In this document: positions 1-12,392 of the stretch, piece after piece
How the letters are laid out: each line of letters starts with the position of its first letter
Numbering within the stretch: the first letter of the stretch is position 1
Source: Dendrobates tinctorius
Lineage: Eukaryota
Length of the DNA stretch: 64,000 bases
NCBI RefSeq assembly: GCF_039654945.1
Contig: NW_027361924.1
Location: 4,464,001-4,528,000, forward strand
Direction: 5' to 3'
Translations under genes and position numbers: made by a program
Notes under the pieces: generated by a model
The model's database searches: none
Told to the model about the DNA's origin: nothing
What the model saw: only the letters and a program-made list of their open reading frames with translations

Positions 1-245
1 TTTATAATCTATATATCTATCTATTATCTATGTATCTATGTAGCTATTATCTAATCTATTATCTATTATCAATCAGTCTGTCATCTATCTTTCATCTATT
101 ACCTATCAATCTATCTATTATCTATCTGTCTTTGTATTATCTATTATCTGTTAATCTATTATCTATCCATCTATTCATATATCTATTATCTATAGATAAT
201 CTATTATCTGTCTATTGTCTATTATATATCTATTATCTATCTCTC
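1..245. repeat. (TCTA/TATC)n-derived low-complexity tract
   Basis: Degenerate ATCT tetranucleotide repeats. Confidence 0.85.
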
Positions 246-433
246 TCTTTGACAGCTACGTGAAATGGACGTGAAAAGATTAAAAAAAACCCTGCAAATT
301 ATTGTGCAATGCTCCATAATTGGAGACTTTTTTTTACGCCAGTGGGATTATAAATTGCCCCCACCCTCTTTTTGTGTACCGTAATTTCAGGTTATAGAAA
401 ATAAAACAAAGTAAAATAATATAATTACCGCAC

Positions 434-3400
434 CTTGCTATCCATCTGAGACCTTCCTCTTGTGCCAGCCATTTGTTGCCAGTTTTTTGGAGATTGGGTG
501 CTGCCATGTGTCAGGTAATTGGCAACTTTTTCTCTGGCCCTTTGTGAACCTCTTTTAATGGTGTCAGTCCAAGGCCTACTATGCATGGATTTTTCAGATT
601 CCCATGTCCCTGGCATCTCACGAAAATTCCCTCCATGGTGCCTGGGCCAAGGCCGATTTCGCAGACTACCACGACCCCTAAAGTTTTCCATTTGATGAAC
701 TTGAGGCATAACTACAGCATATCTACCATTGCCATCTTCAAAGTCACCATCATAGTACTCTGCTGGATGTTTGGGAGGGCCTTGCCACATATATGGATCC
801 CTTGGTGGTGGATGTCGTGGGAATGAATGGTTGGCACCTGCCAAAGTTGGAGATCCCCGAAATTTTAAATGAATACTTGATCTTCCATTCAGGGATCCAT
901 GGCTTGCTTGATTTAATGACTCAGACATAAACCCACCTAATGACTTCAACTCGGGTTGAGGAGATGGAGGTCTTGATTGGCGCATGTTTCCGGAATAGGG
1001 CATAGGATTCCATTTTGGAGACTGTCTTGGTACACTTCTCATATCTTCATAAGGATGCCCAAAATTTTGAGTTGAAGAAGGATTAAAAGTACCTCCTCCA
1101 AGATTTTCTTTCATAGAAAAAGTTGGAGACTTTGGCCTTTGAACTGAATTACCTGCCTTCTGGCCAAACTTTTTTACAAATGGGTTTGAAGGTTTTTCTT
1201 CTCTGCGTAACATCTGTTGTGATGGAGGGGGACCTTGAGACATTCCCACAAGTGGCTGTCCAAATCGCTTCCAGAATGGACTCTTAGAATTTGGAGTCAA
1301 GTCAGATGTTGACATCATTGAACCCTCATTCATGTCACCATTTATCACCACACTACTTCCTTGCCTATTTAGTAGCTGGGAAACTGGACTATGGGGTGAG
1401 CGATTTAAGGTTCCTCTCATGCTACCAGGTCTTCCCATCACTGGTGACCTTGTGGGATCAGAACATGGGACAAATTGGGTAGGCTCAGATGTTCCTCTTG
1501 GTGCGTAAAAAACATCTTGTCCTTGTGCTGGGCTGGAGGATATTGGCCTAGTTATTCCTCTCATACTATTATGTCTTCCCATCGGCTGGGAAACTGGGTT
1601 TTGAGATGAGCGACTTAAGGTTCCTCTCATGCTACCAGGTCTTCCCTGCATCGGTGACTTAGTGGGATCAGAAAATGAGGCAGAATATGGAGACCGCTCA
1701 GCTGATTTTCTTGGTGCGCAGAAACCAAGTTCTGGTGGTACTTGGCTAGATGGCATTGAATTTGCAACTCTTCTTATACTATTATTTCTTCCCTGCAATG
1801 GGGATCTTGGAGGATCAAAGAAAGGAGGAGATTGTGAAGAACTTTCTAGAAAGTTTTGGGTCATAGGATGGTCACTTCCTTGCCTTGAGGTTTTTGATAA
1901 AGTGCTAGGTGGACATAGACTGGAAGAACTTCTCATACTGTCATATCTGTTCAACACTGGTGACTTTCTTAGTTCAGATGGTGAGCTAGGCAATCCATAC
2001 ATGTTTTGTGGCCGAAGAGACTTTGGATGAGATGGGCTTATGTTATTTTCTCTATAGGGTGGCATCTGTGACATTGAGTGTCGTGTTGGTGATGGACTTC
2101 TTGGTTTCATATCTGCAGTGCGTCGTAAGTGTTTCATAAATGGATTCATAGTAAGTGGTTTGATTTCTTCCCTTGATTCAGTTTCAATCCCTCGTCTTTG
2201 CATGGAACCTCCTTGGTAATTATTTATTTTTCCATCCATTCTTCTTGCCATTTGAGGAGATTTCTGCTGTGTAATATGACGATCAGGATAAAAATTGGGA
2301 CTTTCAAAAGCTTTTTGGGTTGACAGTGATGACGATGACATTTGGGCTTCCTTTTTTGCAAAATGACTAATTCTTTGGGGCATTGGGCTTGCTGAGGGCG
2401 ATGGAGAGACAGGTAGTGGAGATGAGGGAACAGCACCTACATTTAGATTGCTAGAGTTGGAAGACCAATGTGTCAGCCTTGTAGGTGAAGGTGACCTTGG
2501 AAAATTTGGTTTGTCCAACTGAGCTGAGGGAAGATTGCTAGAATTGGAAGTCCAGTGTGGTACCCTGGTAGGTGACGGTGACCCTGGATAATTTTGCTTA
2601 CCCATCTGAGGTGAGGACAAAATTCCTCTCTGTCTTAACGAAGAACGCAGCTCGGCTTCCTTTTGTCCATTTTGATTTTGAGAGACAGAAGTAGATTTGT
2701 TTAAGCCAAATGCATTCATTGTAGGTTTAGGAGAAACTGGTCTCTGCCTTGTCGAAAGGTTTGGAGATGGGGGCATCGATATTTCCTTTCCTTGTTTACT
2801 AAATCTTGGACCAGGCGATGGGAGAAATCTTTGATTGGAGTGCTGTAAAGTAGGGTTTGTTTCAGTATTTGTGTTAGAAGATGAAAGGTTGGTTCTTCTT
2901 AAAACATTTGATGAATCCATACCAGCCAGTTTATGGCCAAACCGTTTGTGGTATGGTAGAGTAGAATTTCGCTCATCTGCCAAATCTTTCTGTAAGGCCT
3001 CTAATCGTTGTGCTGAGGGAATTTTGTTAGTCTGATAATCATTAGAAGGCTGTGGGATTTGAACATTTTTTAGGGAAGGAAGTGGAGAATATGGTCTTTC
3101 AAATGTTGCCTCCGCGAAAGGATTCCTTGGCGGTGGAGATAGAGGTCGCCCTTGGATCTGATGCTCATTACGTTTTAAGATTGGCTTAGGGGAAAGTGAC
3201 TTTTTCATAAACTGACCCAAAGGACTACCGAATGCTCTTGGGGAAAAGTCTTGCAAATCCGTCTCTGGGTAATTTTCTTGATAATGGTGTGCATTTACTT
3301 TTTTTCCTATAGGTTTTGTAGATAGCAACTTTTGCACTCCTCTTGTATGTGGCTGGCTAAAATTTCTTTGAACAGATTTTGCAAAAAGAGATTTAGCACC

Positions 3401-5386
3401 AATGGGTCGTGGATTTCTAGGCTGCTTCGGTTGAAGTAATGGTAAATCTTCACCATATTCTTCTTCTTCATCATCATCAAAATCCGTAAATGATATATGT
3501 GGAGATGGGGGTAGTGGAACATATAACCTCTCTCGGCCAAATAACTTGACTTGTGGTCTTGGAAACAGCTTATATTTCCTATTTCGGGATAGTGTTGAAG
3601 ATTCTGCTTCTAATTGGTCTCCTGATTCGTAATATGGATGACTACTGTGTTCCATTGCTTCTGAATCATCATATTCTATGATATCTTCTGAAGGTTGGGC
3701 ATATGGGTTTAATGTCTCTGCGTAAGGGGATACCATGTAACCACCGTTGTTCATTCTATTGGGGTAGTTGTTATAGTCATCTGTTTCTTCCATGTCAGAA
3801 TGAGGAGATTGACTATCAAAATAACCAAATGACTCGTTTTCATTTTCCTGGGAATCATATGGATTCATTGGATCTTGGGAATAACCTATTTGATTCCCAT
3901 CATAACCATATGATGAATATGCGTTGTGTGGCTTGTGTACATCTACATCATATTGAAAATAAGAGTTTTGACTCTTAAGCAGATGACTGCCTTCATCATA
4001 ATACTCCATGTTATCTTGATATGAAGTGTAGCCATCTTCCATGGGGTACCCCGGATAATTATCATACTCTTCCTCAGCTTCTGCGTATGCTGGATATTGA
4101 CCATTGTGGGCAAATGGAAATTCTTCATCCTCGTTGTAATATCCATTCTGATCAAAATTATATTCTTCATCGTCGTAGTTGTAATACTCAGTTGATGCAT
4201 CATCGTGTCTTCCTGGCCCATGTTGCAAGTATCTCTGCGTTGGGAATCTTTGGTGTCGATAGGCCTCAAAGTTCTTAGGATGTCCATAAACATCTTCATA
4301 TTGGCCATAGAATCTGTGAGCACCTGGAAACCTTTTCATGTTCATCCTATATTTGTCAAGTTCCTCATGCGAAGGGAATGGCAACTTTTGTGCTCCCATC
4401 CTAGTAAGCCAAGCATCCTGTATGGCTCTTTCATTTTGAAAGTATTTACTTCTGTTGGATAGAAATCTTCTGGTCAACCAGTTGGCAGCTGCTGACACTT
4501 TAGAAAGCACTTTAGCTTTTGGTTTAAATTTATCTTTTGCTTTTTTTCGGCCAAACAATCCCCCAAATAGCTTCCCTGGTCCTTTTTTTTCTTGTTGGTC
4601 TGGTTTTGGAGCATTACCTCCCAATCTTATCAGTAAAAACGAAGGCTTTGGTTTTGACCCATCACTCGCTGCACTAGCTTTTGGCAATGGTTTCTTTGAG
4701 CCTTTCCGTAAGCCTACCATAAGTTTGGATGTTTTTTTCAACATCGAAGCGGATTTCTTTTTCTTGTCTAGAAGAGATGGAGCTGCAAATTTTCTTCTTA
4801 AGCCCATAAACAGTTTTGATGCTGTCTTGAAGTGACCTTTTTTTGATCTCCTTGGTCTTAGCTGCCCAAATTTCATGAAAAGTTTAGATGTTGCCTTTAA
4901 ACTTCTTTTTTTCTTAGGAGGAGCGGCTACTTTTTTGGCCAGTCCAGCCATGGCCCTTGTTGCCCCTTTTAGTTGGGCTCTTGTTATATCCTTTTTTGGA
5001 TCCTTTGCTTTAGAAACTTCTGGTTCTTCTACTGGATCTTTTCTTACTTTACCTTTGTTCATTCCGGCCACTGCTTTAGAAGCACCTTTTAGCGCTGCCA
5101 CACCTTTATCTCTTCCTCTCTTTCCTCTAGCCGCTGGTATACTATCTTCATCTTCTTCTTCTTCTTCATTTTTGCCACGTTCTACCTCAGACACTTCCTC
5201 CTCCTCTTCCTCCTCGCTTACTATTTCTTTTTTTGTTTTCTTGGCATCTTTTCCTTTCTTTTTATCATCTCTTTCTTTACCTTTGCCACCTTTCTTTTCA
5301 TCTTTGCTCTTGGGTTCAGGCTTAGAGGGTGATTCTCTTCCACCACCTCTCTTGGCTGGTTTCGCATCACCTTTTTTGCCGCCCAT
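434..5386 (-). CDS. MYO15A: Unconventional myosin XVa, giant first coding exon (N-terminal extension, 1651 codons); gene continues beyond the left window edge
   Basis: 1653-aa ORF with motifs recalled from human MYO15A exon 2 (RSLKATSKLFM, KPSFLLIR, AANWLTRRFL, KLFPRPQVKLFG, KRFGHKLAGMD, GRYAVVMPQV). Phase-0 donor AAG|GTGCGG at 434/433. Probable acceptor ttttgtgttctcaaccaaAG at 5489-5490. Synteny with DRG2. Confidence 0.93.
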
Positions 5387-8300
5387 AATGATAATTTTCC
5401 AAGCTCATGCTAGTGCTCCTCTGTGGATACTAAATGGTGCAATGTCTCTGCCGTCTCTGAGATTATATACGGCAGCGTTCCGTATTCACTTTGGTTGAGA
5501 ACACAAAAAGCAAATTGCAGATCTAAAACTCTACTAAACGGAATGCTCATGCTGTTAGGTGATATGGAGAGCGGAATTAAATAGTAACGTACGCGCAACC
5601 AAAGTCTTTGCCTTAATTAAGAAAAAATACTCCGTGCTTCCAGGTGGCTCTGAGACCGATGCAAAATGCTCATGAATACCAAGCTCTTCGCAATCAACAT
5701 CTTCAATTACCTTGATCTGGTGGTGGCATGATGACCAAATCACCCATCCTTTGGTTCACAACAAAAGTCACTTCATAAACTCTCTTCTTTGCAGGAATCC
5801 ACCAAGCTCACTTTCCAGGCAAACCAGTAAATCCATGTAAGTACATCCGTCTTAAAGGAGTCTTGAGAAATCTAGAGACTCTCAGCATAAGTCCAGAGGT
5901 ATTCCTGTTACATCAAGCCGTAGTGATGCTTCTGCAGAGCACTGAGAAGTAGGAAGCCAAGATATAGTGGCCGTCCTCTTGTGCTGTAACACTATATTCT
6001 TGGCTCAGTTTAATATGAATAATGCAAGTAGCCTGTACCATTCCTACTTTACCACCCTGAGACTTTTCCAACCAAAAAAAAAGACTTAAGTGCTGAGATG
6101 CAAGAACCCGAATGTTAATGAAAGAAGACCGAGAGAACATGGTCACATATTAACCTTTTAATTGGAGGACGATTTTGCAGATGCAGTATATACAGTTTTA
6201 CACAATGCAGAAATATAGTAAAACAGGGTATCTAAGGAGCCTATCCTAAGCATAAAATATTATGAACACGGGTTGAAAGAGTTGTGGAAAGTTTAATAAG
6301 ATATACCTAAAATCCAACTGCACTGCTTAAGTTTTACAGTCTCCATTTACTTTTTTTTTTTAATTAAGGAAAAAAATTTTACTTTTTTCTATTCTCACAG
6401 TTGGATCTATGGGGCATCGTTTATAGAAAAAAAAAAAAATTGTGAATCCAAAATTCATGATTTAGCCTTGTCGGAAAACTAAATTCGGAGATTATAAAAT
6501 CCTAACTTTGTGATACAATATAATCCAAATAAAAAAAGAGTATTCTGTGTCACAAAAAAGTATTTTTTTGTTTCAAAACTAGTACTTTTGTAGAAAAAAA
6601 CTAGTACTAGTACTTTTTTTTTTATTTTCACCTGGACCCATTCACCTGAGTAGGCAAATTTGGTCTGAAAATTGGACCAAAACTCTGACTTGTTTCCTCT
6701 TCATGCGGAATATTGATCCACAAAAAATGGCCATGAGCCAAAGAATACAGTGTGTCTGTATGTCATCCATTAACATAAGCATACAGCACACATATGGGAA
6801 TGGGCAGTAAAGGCTAACTAATGTAGCCACTGACTATTACTTACCTGAAGGAGAAAAAAAAAGCCTTCTTTTGGTCTCCAATGGGTTGGTTTGTACAATG
6901 GAAATAGTTCTTGATGCTGATCGACCATAGCTTTAAATACTAATTAAAATAGCCAAGTATCTGCCATCGTGGTCAAAAACACATAAATCTTTACAGAACC
7001 TGTTGATTCTTCTAATACCGTCTTAATAATTTTCTGCCACCGGAGAGCTGTGAAAAATTAATGAAAGCTTTGGATTCAGGTCTCTTTCATTTCATACAAC
7101 TTTAATCAGAGATGTTTCCAAATTTGTCTTTTGCTTTGTTTAAACAGATCGATTTCTCATCTTGACGAGTAATATATTGTTAAAGACGTCTGGGAAAGCG
7201 TCTTCAACAACCGGTGCGCCTACTCAGCTGTGAAGGAAAGCTGCCACTCACCTCTACGGTAGGCTCTACCTAGTAGACTGCATAAAACTCCCAAAAGGTC
7301 CCCTACAAAACGGCTATAGACCGGGGTAACAGACCTGCGGCCAGTTTGGTAACTGGCCTGCGGCCAGTTTGGTAACAGGCCTACGGCCATCCTTGCCAAT
7401 CTGGAAAAAACATAGTAGACAGGCGACATACTGAAACACTTACATTAAACATACCTAAAGGTAGCCCTATCGTAGAGACTAGAAAAATTTAGAGGGTTGT
7501 CTTATTTTATTATCCACCAATCTTGAATAGATCTTCCAAGAATGTGTCTATGTCCACCTAAAAAAGAGTTGTGAAGTTTTTTAAACACTTTTTTTTACTA
7601 AAAGCTACCATGAAAATATGCTGAGTTCAGGGGCGAGCGATTTTGTGAATAAGTGGGATTTTGGTAACAAGTGTTAATGCTCCCAACAGTGCCTCCACAG
7701 GAGAATTTAAGCAGTACAGTGAAAAATGTTGTCTGTCAATGGACATGAGTCCTCCAGAAGGTAAGATAACCACCGTTTGTTCTGGACAACCCCTCTTTTA
7801 CCTCTAAATCCCTAACAATCTGAAGGCTCAAACCACATCATATTCTGCAAAGTTGTCAATCACCTAATTAAAAGATTTTTTAGTTATAGGAGAAACCCAC
7901 CACTAAAGCATTTTCTGACGTTTTCGCCAATGTTGACAAGCAGTTAAAACATTGTACCACCTCTAATAAAAGAACGGTGCGCCACTTCGGTTCTATGATT
8001 TGACATTCAGAGGATTGGAAAACATGGGTGACAATATTAGTGCCCTAATGTCCAATAAATATATATATATTCACACTCTAATGTATATTACAAGTCTAAA
8101 CTGGTTAGCATAGGTACAAATAGGGTCTGTCTAAAGTCAGACACTAAATCCTGCTGCACCTGTTTAAAGTTCTCAGCATCGCCGGGTCGTTAAATAGTTA
8201 ACACCAGATCCCATCTATCATGTTACTCAATAAATTTACATTTTGACTTGCACAATATTCTTTTGTGACTGCGCTGCCCTCACTTCCTCATCAAATATAC

Positions 8301-10733
8301 AGAGGGGTGATGTCAGGGGCTCCTTAAATTGCACGAAGAGCCGAGTCTCATCCTCCAGTGAACTGGTTGAGCTAATCCAGACCCGGTGATGTCACATGAT
8401 GGAGCAACCGTATACAACTGCTTTGAAGAATCCCTGTTTGTGACAATGGGTCATGAGTAATAATTTTGGCAAGGGCCGGAGTTCAGGCATTGGGTCCCAG
8501 CATGGTACCGGAGGATGGCGCAGGAAGCTGTTAACATGCAGTTTTTACCCCTACCATAATAAGTTTCATGACAATGTACCCTGATTTTTAGAAGATCCTG
8601 GTTTTTGATGACCACACCCTCTTGGCTAACAAGACTAGATTAATATACCGGCTAGAAAGGGGTCGGATTTCAGGAACGGAAAGGCGCAAAAATAGACGAA
8701 AAACAATGCCGGATTCAGGAGAACAGCGGCACTTACATCAGATGTAAAATGACATAGTTATGGCAAGTGAGGTATATTTTTTGATTATTAAGGTAAGTAC
8801 TCTGCAATAAGGGAGTGACTTTATATATCACAGAAGATGGGCTATAGGGTTATGACCCTCTCATGACCATCACATGATGTCTGTGTTATGTCATAGATAA
8901 CTAAACAAAGACTATACACCTTGCCATGCTAACCTGCAGGTCATGTGACACAGGCCCCAAGGACCTTCCTCTTCCCTAATTAGTATTGAATAGTAATTTA
9001 ATGCAAAATCATTTCTGTATAATGAAGCTTAATCATGAAAAGTTTTACAACTTTATTAAATACTATCTGTTCCAATTCTTCAAGAATTCTGTCTGCTATG
9101 CAAAAGGGAACATATTTTTTGCAAATTCACCGAGAAAGCCCCTATAGACTCCAAGTACCCAGAGTGTCCAGAAAGACTCCCCTTTTGACATACATTGGGC
9201 CAATATTCATTGATAAACAATTTTTCCAACTATACATTTTTTTCCCTTATATTTTTATTTATATAAAACGGCAGTTAACGGCTGACGTATGTTACTGTAT
9301 GCCTACACATTGTCATACGTCAGGGTATACATTGGGGAATATACCTCCGATGGAAATGAAAAACAAGATGTGGATGAGTCTTACAGAAGCAGAAAACCTA
9401 ACCTGTACAGAAAGAATACTTCTGATACAATTGTATCTGATGTAGACCATCCTCTGTGTCACGTGTGTCCTGTCCTCCTGGGAGATCTGGGGTTAGGAGA
9501 TCACTACATATTGTGAATCGCAGATCTTCCATTTAGCCTGCGTGTTTGCGTCCCATTTTAAATGGATTAGGTTTCTTTTGGTGCTGAGGAGGATAACGAC
9601 CGTTTCTATGCTAGTCAGAAACTTGCAGCTCCATTTTCAGCTGCTTCTGATCTGCTCATTACTTCTCCCCATAAAACCTGGTTAGACCTTACCTGTCTTA
9701 CCAGTGAAAACTTATATTCTTAGCTACTTGGAGACACTGCGCTGAATTGGAAATCATTGTTGCTACTGGATATTATTGCGTGCTGTTTTTGGGTGTATGC
9801 TTTCCTCATTATCCTATTCCCATTTGGTTGGTACATTCCTATCCTTCCCTATATACCCTCTTTATCTTTGGTGTTTGTATGTTCATTGCTTTCTGTTATC
9901 CGTTTTGTTTTTGTGTCTTCTTTACCTTATATTTCTGTACCAGACTCATGGGGTTTAGCAGTAGCATAATAATGGCAGAGACTCAGGCCTCTCTACCTTC
10001 AAGAGTACCCCCTGGACTGAGATAGTTAGTGCCCCAGTTTCAGGGACAGTTTGATGCCTCCCTTCCCTACCAAAGACTGTTACAGCATGACACTCTGTGA
10101 GTTAATTGAGACAGATACGTCATTATATACCACTAGAACAGGAATTTTGCATGTGGGTCACAGAGGATTGTCTAGACTGGACACAATTTTAGCAAAAGCT
10201 CATTTCCCACTTGACAGCAAAATGAGATGTGGAAAATGGCGAGGAATTGAAAGAATGAGCCTATTAGAAAGTAGCTTGCGATGACACCAACATGTCGCTT
10301 CTGCTTCAGATGTTCTGAGGTGAAAAGAACCCTACAAATCCTTAGCATCATTACCTGCTGGTGGGCCTCAGACCCGATGATGGACATCAGAAGAAATAGC
10401 GCCTTCCCAAGACATTGTACATAGATGGTGATTCCTGACCCTACAAGCCTTCTGTCCGCTCGCTCTCCGTGATGGTGTCAACCACACGTCACCAGCACAA
10501 GTAAATAACAATGACAATGGCCTGATTTACATTAAAATAGGAGCATGGACTGAGCCATCATCTGTAGTCAGGGCTGTGCCGCCCTTCCTGCTGTCACCTG
10601 GTGCTCTGCCAGGACAATGCTGCAGGTGACACAATATCTGGCCTCCATATCCTCAGCGACTTCATAGGATCATCTACAGCTGCTGTATCTAAACCTAACA
10701 TGTGTGACACTGTTTTCAGAGCTGTGTATCTAA

Positions 10734-11051
10734 GGCTGCCTTCACACATCCGGCTTTTTGAATCCGGCACGATGCGGCGAAATTTGGAACAACCGGATCC
10801 GGTTTTGTCCCATAGAGTTGTATTGTCGCCGCACCATGCCGGATGGGTATGCGGCGCATCCGTTTTTTGCCGGATACGGCAACAAGTAGCCGTCCGCGAT
10901 CTGCAAAAAACGTTTGCTGAAACGTTTTTTGACAGCGCCAGACAGGTTTTTCTCACAGCGCATGCGCGAAGACTGTGAGTCTCGCGCTGCTCTTTTAAAT
11001 GTGGGCGCCGCACGGCACCGGAGACACAAAGCCGGATGTGTGAAAGAAGCC
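10734..11051. mobile_element. PIF/Harbinger-type MITE
   Basis: TIR GGCTGCCTTCACACATCCGGCTTT / AAAGCCGGATGTGTGAAAGAAGCC; TSD TAA. Confidence 0.75.
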
Positions 11052-11447
11052 TAAGCCTTTCATGCGTAGTATTGTCTTCCGAGTTAGAGCACCACAAAAC
11101 ATATTGGCGGTTTAGCCGCACAGGGGCCCAGTCTTAGCTCATCGGCAAACTTTCCTTCTCCAACCCAAGACAGTTGGGGAGAGAAAGTTCCCCCTGCATC
11201 GCTCCATGCTCAGTAGCTGCTTTCATAAATGTAGATTTCATTTTTTGTATTTATTGGTGTTTCTGTCAAGACTCAAACTCACACAACCTATAGCATGGCA
11301 GACAGGAGCTTTAGCTGTGATCCACATGCTGCGCTGCTAAGTATAGGAAAAGGAGAAAAATCTGCCTCAAGAGCTAAATGGTACTCTTTTTTTTCTTTAC
11401 AAGCATATTGTACTTTTATACAGATACACATATTTATACATTAGTTT

Positions 11448-11748
11448 GAGCGATGAGCGAAAGTGCTCAGATCAGGTGTTATTCAAGCATGCTCATGTGC
11501 TAAGCGAGAGTCTTCGCCATGCTCGAATAATGTGTTTTAGTCCCCGCAGCTGCATTTCTCGTGGCTATTCGACAGCAGCAACACATGCAGAGATTGACAA
11601 ACAGGCGATCCCTGCATGTGTTATGGCTGTCGAACAGCTGCAAAAAAAGGCAGCCATGGAGACTGGAACATATTTTTCAAGCACGCCAAAGAGACTCTGT
11701 AGCACACGCTTGAATTACACCTTATCCGAGCACGTTCGCTCGTCACTA
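11448..11748. mobile_element. hAT-type MITE (TAGTGATGAGCGA family)
   Basis: Degenerate GATGAGCGA ... TCGCTCGTCACTA ends with internal palindromy. Confidence 0.55.
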
Positions 11749-11837
11749 TTCAGTACATCAGGGAAAAATTAAAGAAATGACCCAGAACATCAGTTTGAGC
11801 ATATTCACACTGTGGCCATTTAATAGACAAACCTTAG

Positions 11838-12392
11838 ATTTCAATGTGAAATGAAAAAATGAAAAAAGAAGAAATATGCAGCACTCACCAATATAGCTGA
11901 AAAACTGTGCGTCTTTATTTCACATGAATTCCATCAATGGATATGTGGACATGCAGGACGTTAGAGGAATGCTAGGGGAGGGAGGTGCCGGACAATGGCC
12001 GTTTCACGATTACTCGCTTCTACAGGTCCAGGTAGAAGCGAGTAATCGCGAAACGGCCATTGTCCGGCACCTCCCTCCCCTAGCATTCCTCTAACGTCCT
12101 GCAACCTCCCTCCCCTAGCATTCCTCTAACGTCCTGCATGTCCACATATCCATTGATGGAATTCATGTGAAATAAAGACGCACAGTTTTTCAGCTATATT
12201 GGTGAGTGCTGCATATTTCTTCTTTTTTTATTTCACATTGAAATATTCATGTTTTTTCATGCAAGCACCTCCGTTTTTTTACTGAAATATACACCGCAAT
12301 ACTTCAGATAAAGAGCTCCGTCTGTTAATGTGGTGATTTGTGTGCCCTAGTTTGCCGTTCATCTGTTTGCTCTTTGCTAAAACCTTAGATTT
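11838..12392. mobile_element. Penelope-like fold-back insertion (arms 11838-12023 / 12032-12244)
   Basis: Near-perfect ~190-bp inverted repeat with 8-nt spacer; GAAACGGCC, AATAAA and GGTGAGTGC end motifs; 13-bp direct repeat AAACCTTAGATTT at 11829-11841 and 12380-12392. Confidence 0.65.

Noticed and set aside
581-5498. Plus-strand ORFs opposite MYO15A
   Set aside because: Antisense shadows of a compositionally biased coding exon.
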